From an uncultured virus (IMG/VR IMGVR_UViG_3300032233_001072) (taxonomy: Duplodnaviria; Heunggongvirae; Uroviricota; Caudoviricetes): a stretch of 64,000 nt of DNA. Shown here piece after piece: positions 1 through 8,007 of this stretch (positions are counted from its first letter, which is position 1; every line of letters begins with the position of its first letter). The position numbers and the translations under genes are program-made. The notes under the pieces were generated by a model. It did not search any database and was not told where the DNA came from. It was given only the letters and a program-made list of their open reading frames with translations. The DNA is taken from IMG/VR virus record IMGVR_UViG_3300032233_001072, positions 1 to 64,000 of that record; one strand, given 5' to 3'.

Positions 1-7
1 AGATGGA

Positions 8-1255
8 ATGAAATCTCTAGTTGTTGTACCACCTTCACTTCGCCTCAACTGGCAACGTGAATTCAAAGCGACAGCACCATGGCTCTCAGTCGCCATTGTT
101 ACTGGTAACACCGTGACCGAAGTCCCTAAAGAAGACGTGATCATCATTGGAGACTCCAATGTTGATCAATGGGCGGTCGCTCTTTGCAATGCTCGTTTCG
201 GTTGCCTCATCGTTGATGAAGCACACCGTGCGAAGAATGCAAAAGCGAATCGCACCAAGGGCATCGTCAACATCGCCAAGTCAGTCAATGACAAAGGTTA
301 TGTTGTTTTGCTCTCGGGAACCATCGTCGTTAATCGCCCAGCGGAACTGGTGTCGCCTCTTACCATCATCGGTCGTCTTGACCGTGTGTTCGGTGGGCGC
401 CATTCGTTCTTACAGCGTTACTGCGACCCCATCCACAATGGCTGGGGCTGGGTGTACAACGGCGCCAGCAACACGACTGAATTGAATGCGAACATGCGTG
501 GCACCTGCTACGTACGTCGCAAGAAAATGGACGTGCTAACTGAACTCCCTGCGAAGCGTCGTGCACAAGTGAGTGTGGAAGTGCCTGAGGAGGCACTCAT
601 TAAGTATCGCCACGCTGAAGAGGACTTCCGTGACTTCGTCATCACCAATGGTGGTGCACAGGCATGGGACAAAGCCTCTAAGGCTGAAGTGATCACTCGC
701 ATCAATGCACTACGCCATCTGCTTGGCAACGCCAAAGTCGCCAATGTCGTTGAACATGTTGAGAACTTGCTCGCTGAAGATGAGCAGGTCATCGTGTTCG
801 CTTATCACACTGACGTGATCAACGCCATATGCAAAGCACTCGCTTCGCACAATGTTGTGAAAGTCGGGGGCGGTATGACGGACGAAGCCAAGCAGATCGC
901 TGTTGACTCATTCCAATCGGGTGAGGCAAGAGTGTTCGTGGGTCAGTTTCAAGCGGCTGGTGTGGGTCTCACCCTCACAGCATCCAGCAACGTGGTCATG
1001 GCAGAAATTCCATGGACACCTGCGGATGCAGTGCAGGCAGAAGATCGCTCGCATCGTATTGGAAATTTAGTAGGAACCATGGCATGGTGGCTCACTGTTG
1101 CTGACGAATATCGTCCTACGATTGATGACCGCATGTGGGCATTGCTCAACGCAAAGCACACAACGGTAAGTGCCGTCCTTGACGGCTACGGCGTTGATCT
1201 CGGCGCTGAGGGTGGCATACTTGCTGACCTCATTGACGGGATCATCGGCAACTGA
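8..1255 (+). CDS. SNF2/SMARCAL1-like SF2 helicase, probably 5'-truncated by the window edge
   Basis: VVVPPSLRLNW (Ia), DEAH (II), LSGT (III), AAGVGLTL (V), QAEDRSHRIG (VI). Walker A is missing and the frame is open upstream. Confidence 0.92.
   Translation: MKSLVVVPPSLRLNWQREFKATAPWLSVAIVTGNTVTEVPKEDVIIIGDSNVDQWAVALCNARFGCLIVDEAHRAKNAKANRTKGIVNIAKSVNDKGYVVLLSGTIVVNRPAELVSPLTIIGRLDRVFGGRHSFLQRYCDPIHNGWGWVYNGASNTTELNANMRGTCYVRRKKMDVLTELPAKRRAQVSVEVPEEALIKYRHAEEDFRDFVITNGGAQAWDKASKAEVITRINALRHLLGNAKVANVVEHVENLLAEDEQVIVFAYHTDVINAICKALASHNVVKVGGGMTDEAKQIAVDSFQSGEARVFVGQFQAAGVGLTLTASSNVVMAEIPWTPADAVQAEDRSHRIGNLVGTMAWWLTVADEYRPTIDDRMWALLNAKHTTVSAVLDGYGVDLGAEGGILADLIDGIIGN
580..597 (+). promoter_or_regulatory. 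Intragenic CCT-GAGG-AGG hairpin (AGTGCCT-GAGG-AGGCACT)
   Basis: Perfect 7-bp stem with the same 10-mer core as the three intergenic copies. Confidence 0.5.
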
Positions 1256-1304
1256 TTGCAAGAGCATTCGCTGGCGCAACTGGTTCTGCCGACTACGAAT
1301 GACA

Positions 1305-1338
1305 GGGTGCCCTCTTTCCTCGGGGGGCACCCACTTTC
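1305..1338 (+). terminator. GC-rich hairpin, possible intrinsic terminator
   Basis: GGGTGCCCTCT/GGGGGGCACCC stem followed by ACTTTC (weak U tract). Confidence 0.5.
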
Positions 1339-1349
1339 GCTTGAAGGTG

Positions 1350-1418
1350 CCCTAGGGCATCGGTATCACACCGATGTCGTATGGTGCAATCACGCACTAC
1401 TAGAGACCTGAGGAGGTC
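1350..1418 (+). ncRNA. Structured early leader, degenerate copy 1
   Basis: GGCATCGGT/ACCGATGTC stem, GGTGC/GCACT stem, then GACCT-GAGG-AGGTC over the RBS. Confidence 0.55.
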
Positions 1419-1425
1419 ACAGATC

Positions 1426-2148
1426 ATGTCAACCATTACACCAAAGCAACAAAACTTCTTGCGCTCGCTCTTGATTGAGCGGGCACCATCATTAGAACTT
1501 GATGAGGCTGGGGTTGATTCTTTAATTAAAGAGTTCAACCTTGATCGCTTAACAGCGAAGTCCGCCTCGTTCTGCATTGACCATGTCAAGAAGATCAAAG
1601 TGCTCCGATTGGATTCGGCGCACTTGCCCAGCGATGCTGAACGTGTCATTGCGAACAACTACGCCAAGCCTTGTGCGCTCTGTGGCAACACAGTGCCCAA
1701 GAGCGAAGGCTTCGCAGTGCTCGTCAGTGGTACATGGAGCACCTATCACAAAGAGGGCGAATGCCCAGCCAGTGAGGGCGCTCCAGCGCCAGTGCGAAGC
1801 CTCAACGACATCCTCAAAGATGTCAGCGACGGGTACTTTGCAATCACGTCAAAGGGCACCAATGATCTCGTGTTCTACCGTGTTGCCACTAACAAGGGCT
1901 TTCACAACCCTTCAAAGAAGGGCGAGCGGTACGTTCAACTGATCGTTGGTGGTCATGCCAATGAGACTCTCACTGGCAAGCGGGCACAGGCTTCAGCGAA
2001 TCGTCTTGCTGAACTCAGCCCACTGGAGCAACACGAAGCACAAGCCACATACGGCAAGGAAATCGGCGTATGCGGTAAATGCGGGAAGCATCTCACTGAC
2101 GAAGTATCTCGTGCCTACGGCATGGGTGCTACGTGTCGTGCGATGTAA
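1426..2148 (+). CDS. DUF6011-like Zn-finger protein
   Basis: C-terminal CGKCGKHLTDEVSRAYGMGATC and a central CALC..H..C. Start moved to ATG 1426, after GGAGG. Confidence 0.75.
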   Translation: MSTITPKQQNFLRSLLIERAPSLELDEAGVDSLIKEFNLDRLTAKSASFCIDHVKKIKVLRLDSAHLPSDAERVIANNYAKPCALCGNTVPKSEGFAVLVSGTWSTYHKEGECPASEGAPAPVRSLNDILKDVSDGYFAITSKGTNDLVFYRVATNKGFHNPSKKGERYVQLIVGGHANETLTGKRAQASANRLAELSPLEQHEAQATYGKEIGVCGKCGKHLTDEVSRAYGMGATCRAM

Positions 2149-2157
2149 TGAATCGGG

Positions 2158-2267
2158 GCGTCACGAACTACGGTTCGTGGTGCGCTCAGGGTGCATGGGG
2201 CTTTCGCCTCCTAAGTTTTAGTCCCATGCACTCTGAGGGCACTTGCCCACACGACGCCTGAGGAGGC
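2158..2267 (+). ncRNA. Structured early leader, copy 2 (four hairpins)
   Basis: 11-bp UACG-loop stem; 18-bp CTCAGGG../..CTCTGAG stem; GGGC-ACTT-GCCC; GCCT-GAGG-AGGC. Confidence 0.7.
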
Positions 2268-2274
2268 ACACATC

Positions 2275-2820
2275 ATGAATAAAAACGCAACATTTCAAGA
2301 CATCGTTGACAACAAGCAGGCGCTCTGCGAATACGCAAAGCAACTGCTGTCCAATCCTGAGTTTGCTGAAGACGAAGACTGGTGGGATGCATTGCATCTC
2401 AACGGTTTTACCTTTGACATCAATGGGTACCGTTGTCAGAACGACAAAGGTGCAAAGGTCACGCAAGTAACGGCATATCCAGTTATGTGGGTGAACGATT
2501 ACGACGCTGAAACCAACACCAGCGTTTGGTTGCAACTGGTGGAAGAAAACGTGAAGACAAAGATCGTACAAGAATCCTTTGGTTCTTCTAAAGCCTTCCA
2601 CAAGAAGGGTGGCTTCATTCAAGTCACTGGGCATTACGTAGACGAGACCGAGACCATGGAAAAGGTTTTCGGGATCATCCCTACAGGCTTCACTGGCAAC
2701 ACTGAAGAATTAGAGGGCGATAACTTCGTCCACTTTTGGCTTGAGTGGAATGAAGAGATCAAGATTGGCGAAGAGTACGGCGAGTTCGTCGTGCTAGACG
2801 TTGAACGACCCAAGTGGTAA
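2275..2820 (+). CDS. Hypothetical acidic early protein
   Basis: 181-aa ORF with AGGAGG RBS. Confidence 0.8.
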   Translation: MNKNATFQDIVDNKQALCEYAKQLLSNPEFAEDEDWWDALHLNGFTFDINGYRCQNDKGAKVTQVTAYPVMWVNDYDAETNTSVWLQLVEENVKTKIVQESFGSSKAFHKKGGFIQVTGHYVDETETMEKVFGIIPTGFTGNTEELEGDNFVHFWLEWNEEIKIGEEYGEFVVLDVERPKW

Positions 2821-2833
2821 ATAATCACTACGG

Positions 2834-2927
2834 GTACAACATCCATTTAGGATGTTGTGCTCAGAGTACATAGACGATAGTTTGTGTGCTCTGAGGGCAA
2901 CAGCCCATTTAGAGACCTGAGGAGGTC
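2834..2927 (+). ncRNA. Structured early leader, copy 3 (four hairpins)
   Basis: 11-bp stem; 16-bp CTCAGAG../..CTCTGAG stem; GGGC-AACA-GCCC; GACCT-GAGG-AGGTC. Confidence 0.7.
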
Positions 2928-2929
2928 AT

Positions 2930-3118
2930 ATGAAATACACATTGAGAGTTACCGAGACCGTCAATCACGACTACGAGATTGAGGCTGGGTGCGAGGAAGA
3001 AGCATTGGAGATCTACCAGTCGTACGACGACGAGCAACTAAAGACGCTTGACCTTGACGGCAGTAGTGATTGGGACACACACCCATGGGACATATCAACG
3101 GAGGAAGTAACACAATGA
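2930..3118 (+). CDS. Small acidic protein, DpnD/PcfM-like
   Basis: KYTLRVTETVNHDYEIEAGCEEEA pattern; RBS present. Confidence 0.65.
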   Translation: MKYTLRVTETVNHDYEIEAGCEEEALEIYQSYDDEQLKTLDLDGSSDWDTHPWDISTEEVTQ

Positions 3119-3363
3119 GCACTACACACACGCACTACTACGTCATCTCGTATGACACAGGAACCAATAAATGGACATGGGACAACGAAGCCGAAGAGAT
3201 GCAATTCCCTGAAGGCACCGTTGTCAACCACGACAACAACGAGTGGGGATACGCACTCGTTGATGGCGAAGAATGCATTGATTTTGAAACAGAAACCAAA
3301 TTAGGCGAAGACCTAGAAGTAATCATCAAATATCTAAACGAGGGAATGGACATATTCAAATGA
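3115..3363 (+). CDS. Hypothetical acidic protein
   Basis: ATGA overlap with upstream gene and GGAGG RBS; start reassigned to 3115. Confidence 0.75.
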   Translation: MSTTHTHYYVISYDTGTNKWTWDNEAEEMQFPEGTVVNHDNNEWGYALVDGEECIDFETETKLGEDLEVIIKYLNEGMDIFK

Positions 3364-3659
3364 ACTACATGAACTATCAACAACTACGTGACTACGCACT
3401 CCAGTGTTCACTGGAGCACCACCTGTGCAATGTGCAGGAACTAATGCAAGAAGGAAAGACACCTGACGAGATCCTCGCCATGGTGGAGGAAGGCAACGAC
3501 GCCCTCGTGATCTACGAACCATACGAATGGTGCAGTGAAGAAGAACTCGTAGATGAAATAGAAAGTTTACGAGGCGTCAACGTCTACAACTTCTTGTTCG
3601 TGCTTCGCCAAGTCAACAGCCAAGAATGGCTGGTCAAGTTCAAGGGTGAGGGAGCGTAA
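3360..3659 (+). CDS. Hypothetical acidic protein
   Basis: ATGA-coupled ORF. Confidence 0.75.
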   Translation: MNYMNYQQLRDYALQCSLEHHLCNVQELMQEGKTPDEILAMVEEGNDALVIYEPYEWCSEEELVDEIESLRGVNVYNFLFVLRQVNSQEWLVKFKGEGA

Positions 3660-3661
3660 TC

Positions 3662-3955
3662 ATGAAGAAGGAAGTCTTAGACACCATCGTCATGGGCGAC
3701 ATCATATCCAAGCGATACAAAGGCAAGGTCACTCGCTTTGTCGTGACCGCACGTACCCGTTCAGGCACGCACTTTTGGGTGCGTGACCTGAAATGGGGGC
3801 ACGACGGTTGGTATGACGTAAACCATGACCTCACACGTTCCGCATGGTTTGCTGTGGAGCACACAAACTTAAAGTGGGGAGACTGCACGGGTTGGTATGA
3901 CCTAGACCAAGACCTCACACGATTCACTGAAGACTACGACGAGGAGACAGCATGA
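3662..3955 (+). CDS. Hypothetical protein with an internal tandem duplication
   Basis: LKWG..GWYD...DLTR occurs twice; GGGAG RBS. Confidence 0.75.
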   Translation: MKKEVLDTIVMGDIISKRYKGKVTRFVVTARTRSGTHFWVRDLKWGHDGWYDVNHDLTRSAWFAVEHTNLKWGDCTGWYDLDQDLTRFTEDYDEETA

Positions 3956-4161
3956 GCGTTGAACAAGACCGAACAACAGAACTTGGTAACCAAGCGTTAC
4001 AGGAAGCCCTGTTGGTTATCGGAGGCGTAGACGGGTACAGATTGGAAATGGCAGAACAACGGATTAGCAGAGCCATAGAGATACTGGGGGGAAGTCGTCA
4101 AGAACTTTTCTCAAATGCGGAAAAATACTTATCAGAACTACAACAAAAGGAACCATCATGA
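3952..4161 (+). CDS. Hypothetical protein
   Basis: ATGA overlap, GAGGAG RBS. Confidence 0.7.
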   Translation: MSVEQDRTTELGNQALQEALLVIGGVDGYRLEMAEQRISRAIEILGGSRQELFSNAEKYLSELQQKEPS

Positions 4162-4388
4162 GCACGTACACGTTAACTGCGATACGGGAAGGAGTCGCTG
4201 AAGTCATCGCACTCAGCGCCGACACCCGCACAGAAGCCTACGCATCCGCCATCGGCACCGTCTTTCGGAAGTTTCACGACTCCGATCAAGGACAAGTGCT
4301 CCAGCGGTTGTGGAGGTACGGAGAGATTACATTCCGTGATCCCGACGGCGAAGTCATCCAAGTACTGGAGCAGGGGGTGGAGGCATGA
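4158..4388 (+). CDS. Hypothetical protein
   Basis: ATGA overlap, AAGGA RBS. Confidence 0.7.
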   Translation: MSTYTLTAIREGVAEVIALSADTRTEAYASAIGTVFRKFHDSDQGQVLQRLWRYGEITFRDPDGEVIQVLEQGVEA

Positions 4389-4666
4389 TTGACAACCAAG
4401 ACTCTGACCTTGTCTCTGACTACAGCACACCGCTGTACGACGATGACCAGTACAGCAAGATAGAAGTGCTGTGGGTGAGCGCCCCACAGCCACAAGGGTT
4501 CCTGATCGGATCAGGGATTGATGTGAACACGCAGGAGACCGTTGAGTGGGCTAGTAATAGCCTTGACATGGTCTTCACTGCGGAGATGCTCAACGAGGAA
4601 GACCCCGTGTACTTCCTCGTACCGTATTGGCAAGAAAGATCTAGGAGGAATAATGCGCCCGCATAG
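4385..4666 (+). CDS. Hypothetical acidic protein
   Basis: ATGA overlap, GGAGG RBS. Confidence 0.7.
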   Translation: MIDNQDSDLVSDYSTPLYDDDQYSKIEVLWVSAPQPQGFLIGSGIDVNTQETVEWASNSLDMVFTAEMLNEEDPVYFLVPYWQERSRRNNAPA

Positions 4667-4910
4667 CAGGCTAATAATGTTCATGGGAATACTCACGATT
4701 CTTTTAATCGGAGCCAGTATGCCCAGCGATCCCACACTGGACGGGACACCCGATTGGTCAGACAGAATCTTTATAGGCATTCTGTGCCTCATCTGCTTCT
4801 ACAACATCATTAGGGCACTCTCGGACATGTCGTACAAGACCAAGCCAAACCACAAACCACAAGTTCGTCAGCACTACCACGTTGACAAGCGTCGTAAAAA
4901 ACTTAAGTAG
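4653..4910 (+). CDS. Small two-TM membrane protein
   Basis: AGGAGG before ATG 4653; two hydrophobic segments and a basic tail. Confidence 0.7.
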   Translation: MRPHSRLIMFMGILTILLIGASMPSDPTLDGTPDWSDRIFIGILCLICFYNIIRALSDMSYKTKPNHKPQVRQHYHVDKRRKKLK

Positions 4911-4922
4911 AAGTTGTAAACC

Positions 4923-4962
4923 AAAGTGTTACGGGGATAGATTTATCTCCGTAACACTTTTT
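4923..4962 (+). terminator. 17-bp hairpin with U tract (terminator or processing stem)
   Basis: AAAGTGTTACGGGGATA-GATT-TATCTCCGTAACACTTT-TT. Confidence 0.75.
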
Positions 4963-5000
4963 AATTTAAACCAACCAACCAACCAAGAGAAAGAAACATC

Positions 5001-6008
5001 ATGTCCAAAGAATCCAGCCAGTGGCTCAACCAAAATGTCCTCGTAGGCATGACATCCAAGCGTGGAAACGCATGGCACTACAAGGAGAACGAGCAAGGCT
5101 CAGAGCCAAACCACTACATCGGAGCAATCCCCATTGACGACGTTCGTCGTCGTCTCTTCCACTGGAGCGCCGTAGAAGCACCCGTTTACGTCTACGCTGG
5201 TGGTAACTACCACAACCAAGAAGACCGCAAGGCTGTCGTCCGTGACGACACTTTTGAAACTCTCGGTGTGTTCAAAGATGGTTACTCCATCCACCAGTAC
5301 AGCGAGTGGCTCCTTGACACCGTGTCCAACATCATTGACGACAGCAACCTTCAGATCGGTTCTGCTGGGCTGTTGAAGAATGGTGGAGTCGCATGGGTCT
5401 CCATTGAGATGGAAGAGAACCTCACCGCTGAGGGCTTTGAGTTCCGTCCGCACCTCCTTGCCACCACCAGCCACAACGGCACGTTGGCTACCACCTTCAA
5501 GCGTGTGTGCACCGCTGTGGTGTGTGACAACACGCTCGCCGCAGGACTTGGTGAGCAGGGTCAGGAGCACAAGACACGCCACAGCAAGCACAGTGGCTTC
5601 AAGTTGCAGAACGTCCGTGACGCTCTCGGCATCGTTCACTCGTTCGCAGATGACTTCACCGCTGAGATCCAGCGCCTGTGTGCCATCTCGGTGACCGACT
5701 CTGAATGGGACGCCATCGTCAATCGCATCATCCCAGTGGCTTCAGAAGGCGACTCACGCCCTCAGGCAATCAGTCGTGCTCAGAACAAGCAGGAGGCAAT
5801 CCGCCACCTCTACAAGTACGACGACCGCTCTGCACCTTGGGCAGGCACCGCTCTCGGCGCTCTGCAAGCCTTCAACACCTACAACCACCACCTCACGGGC
5901 AAGGATGAGTCCCGGGTTGAGCGCAATGCGTTCAACGCTCTCACTGGCAAGACCAGCGAGTTTGACCGTTTCGTTCTCAACGTGATTAACGAGGTGGTTT
6001 ACGCATGA
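5001..6008 (+). other. DUF932/DUF945-family phage-plasmid protein
   Basis: AWH, SAGLLKNGGVAW, TSHNGT and AVVCDNTL motifs. Confidence 0.85.
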
Positions 6009-6331
6009 CCGCCCAGCACAGTGGGGAGGGGGCAACCCCTCCCTACACGCTGGATGTTTCGTTACCTGTTGCGAAGTATCTTGAACGCAACAGCGACTGG
6101 AGGGATGGCGCCAAGTGCCGTGGCAACGAGGGCACAATATTCTTTGCTCTCCGAAGTGTTAAGCACCAAGAGGAAGCCATCAGTATGTGCACCGTTTGCG
6201 AAGTACGTCTCCAGTGCTTGAACTTTGCAATACGTAATGAAGAGAAGAATGGCATATGGGGAGGAGTGAACTTCAGAAAGATCAATGAAACCACTCGTAA
6301 AGAACTACTCAATGCAGTCAGCAACCTATAG
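6005..6331 (+). CDS. whiB: WhiB-family transcription factor
   Basis: DWRDGAKC..FF..CTVCEVRLQC..GIWGG (four Cys plus the turn motif). Confidence 0.92.
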   Translation: MTAQHSGEGATPPYTLDVSLPVAKYLERNSDWRDGAKCRGNEGTIFFALRSVKHQEEAISMCTVCEVRLQCLNFAIRNEEKNGIWGGVNFRKINETTRKELLNAVSNL

Positions 6332-7415
6332 AAATATCATTTAAAACTTGTTGAAGAGCGTGGGCACCGATAGAGATATCTCGTGTCCACGCTTTTTCAC
6401 GTAGCGCAGTACCTTCAAGTGCTCGCACCTCAGGATCTTTTAGTTCATTGAAATGCTTGAGCCACTGCTGTCCGTTCTTAGCGAGACGCCCAATACCCCA
6501 TTCCTCTTTCAACTCCCTGTAGGCAGTCCTAGGAGAGCCAATCCAAGGAATTCCTGAGGATGAGTACTCCAGCAACTTTATGTCGCTCTTGGCGTGATTA
6601 AAGGGGGTATCAGACAACGGTGCAATCCCGATGTCCATTGTCAATGATGAGGGGTACAGGGTGCTTTCAACAAGGGGCACTGTAAACACTTCATCCTCAG
6701 TCAATTTAAATAGTTTGTGTACTGCTGGAGAATGAACAGAATGACCGCTGTGCTGGAAAGTAAAGTCACCACTACGTACCAACTGGGGAATGACTCCCCT
6801 CATAAGTTCTAAGTCTCCTGACCTGTGGCTGGTGGAGCCTGCCCAACCAATCCTAGGCACCTCAGCAGTGTGCTCCAGTGGCGTAAACCGAGCCACGTCA
6901 ATGGTGTTTTTAAGCACCACGATGGGGCATGTCACCCACGGTTTAATCCGATCTTGCAGGTATGAAGTGGACACAATGACAAGGTCACTGGCGCCTATCA
7001 CACTCTTGTAATGGTTTACGTTCTCGTTTGGATTCGTCTTGGGGTGCGATGACTTAAAAGCGTCATTCCTTGGGTCAAGCCCCCAGTACCAGTCGTCTAA
7101 ATCATTAATTACAATCTGTCCGTATGCCCGTGCCTTGTAAATGTGTTCAGCAAGGTTGGCATGCATGAGACGCTGTAAAACAACGATAGAGACATCCTCA
7201 AGGTGCTCATTGGCGTCTTTAATAAAGAAATGGTCTTCATGCCATACGAGAGTGCCAGCGACAACTGTGTCGTCTAAGCGTCCAACGTATTGACCGAGTC
7301 GTGCCCAGCCTGAACCACCCCACTGCTCTTTGCCATTGTGGTCTTTAACACGGTCGCCACTAGCAAATCCTATTTTTTGGGTAGTGGAAGAACTTGTGAT
7401 CTTTTTTTCTTGCAT
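6318..7415 (-). CDS. GT-B glycosyltransferase
   Basis: DLDDWYW, RIGWAGS.SH..DL, DIGIAPL...PFN.AKS.IKLLEY. Confidence 0.85.
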   Translation of the reverse strand: MQEKKITSSSTTQKIGFASGDRVKDHNGKEQWGGSGWARLGQYVGRLDDTVVAGTLVWHEDHFFIKDANEHLEDVSIVVLQRLMHANLAEHIYKARAYGQIVINDLDDWYWGLDPRNDAFKSSHPKTNPNENVNHYKSVIGASDLVIVSTSYLQDRIKPWVTCPIVVLKNTIDVARFTPLEHTAEVPRIGWAGSTSHRSGDLELMRGVIPQLVRSGDFTFQHSGHSVHSPAVHKLFKLTEDEVFTVPLVESTLYPSSLTMDIGIAPLSDTPFNHAKSDIKLLEYSSSGIPWIGSPRTAYRELKEEWGIGRLAKNGQQWLKHFNELKDPEVRALEGTALREKAWTRDISIGAHALQQVLNDISIGC

Positions 7416-7516
7416 ACATGTACTGGCGGTTCAGCAAGAGTCACGTACACCGTGATCCCTTCTCCGCATGACTCACATTCATATCTAGTGGACTTGGACT
7501 TAGTAGGATTGCTCAT
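7370..7516 (-). CDS. 48-aa Zn-ribbon-like protein (absent from ORF track)
   Basis: MSNPTKSKSTRYECESCGEGITVYVTLAEPPVHVCKKKRSQVLPLPKK; preceded by TGG-TACGCT-N6-ATG. Confidence 0.55.
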   Translation of the reverse strand: MSNPTKSKSTRYECESCGEGITVYVTLAEPPVHVCKKKRSQVLPLPKK

Positions 7517-7531
7517 GGGTACAGCGTACCA

Positions 7532-7744
7532 TTAATCTTCATCTTTTTTAACAACTGAAGAAAAGGTGCCTTGGGAACAGAGGTTGTACATGCGTCCTCC
7601 AAGATTGCCAAACGCACCATGATACGAATACATGTGGCGGTTCTTTCGTCCCTCGTTGTACTCACGGCGGGTTTGTGTACCGACGAGACCACGCTTCTCT
7701 TTGCGTCGCTCATTCTTGGTTGCCCATACATTATTTTGTTTCAC
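7532..7744 (-). CDS. Small basic hypothetical protein
   Basis: GGAGG 8 nt before GTG 7744; corresponds to the 3' part of track ORF 7532..7888. Confidence 0.5.
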   Translation of the reverse strand: MKQNNVWATKNERRKEKRGLVGTQTRREYNEGRKNRHMYSYHGAFGNLGGRMYNLCSQGTFSSVVKKDED

Positions 7745-7970
7745 TGGTGGTTCCTCCCGTTTGGTTTTGTTCTGCTTTCCATGGTCGCCACTGGCGTAGG
7801 AAGTTATCAATCTCTCGTTTATCCCACAGTGGGCTGGATGCCAGCACTTTGAATGGTTCAGGGAACCGCTTATCTTTACGGAGGGCATGGATGCGTTGCT
7901 TGCTTACGCCCAACACATCTGCGACTTCGCAGGTGCCAACAACGTCTTCAGGTCTAAGTGTGTATGTCAT
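7731..7970 (-). CDS. AlpA/excisionase-like HTH DNA-binding protein
   Basis: VGTCEVADVLGVSKQRI...FPEP....LW. Confidence 0.85.
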   Translation of the reverse strand: MTYTLRPEDVVGTCEVADVLGVSKQRIHALRKDKRFPEPFKVLASSPLWDKREIDNFLRQWRPWKAEQNQTGGTTSETK

Positions 7971-7976
7971 GTTTAC

Positions 7977-8005
7977 AAACTACACCCATGTAGTACGCTG
8001 GTCAA
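7977..8005 (-). promoter_or_regulatory. Sigma-70-type leaderless promoter
   Basis: TTGACC-N17-TAGTTT-N6-ATG(7970). Confidence 0.75.
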
Positions 8006-8007
8006 CC

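Noticed and set aside
1350-2927. Leaders as hammerhead ribozymes, tRNAs or N4-type hairpin promoters
   Set aside because: No CUGANGA/GAAA core, no T-loop or cloverleaf, and the template-strand loop is CCTC; no virion RNA polymerase is in the window.
4882-4910. TTGACA promoter for DUF932
   Set aside because: No TANNNT at 16-18 bp spacing.
7513-7731. Alternative ORF MYGQPRM...
   Set aside because: It has neat stop/start overlaps but no RBS. The other frame (7532..7744) has a well-spaced GGAGG and was preferred; this is not fully resolved.
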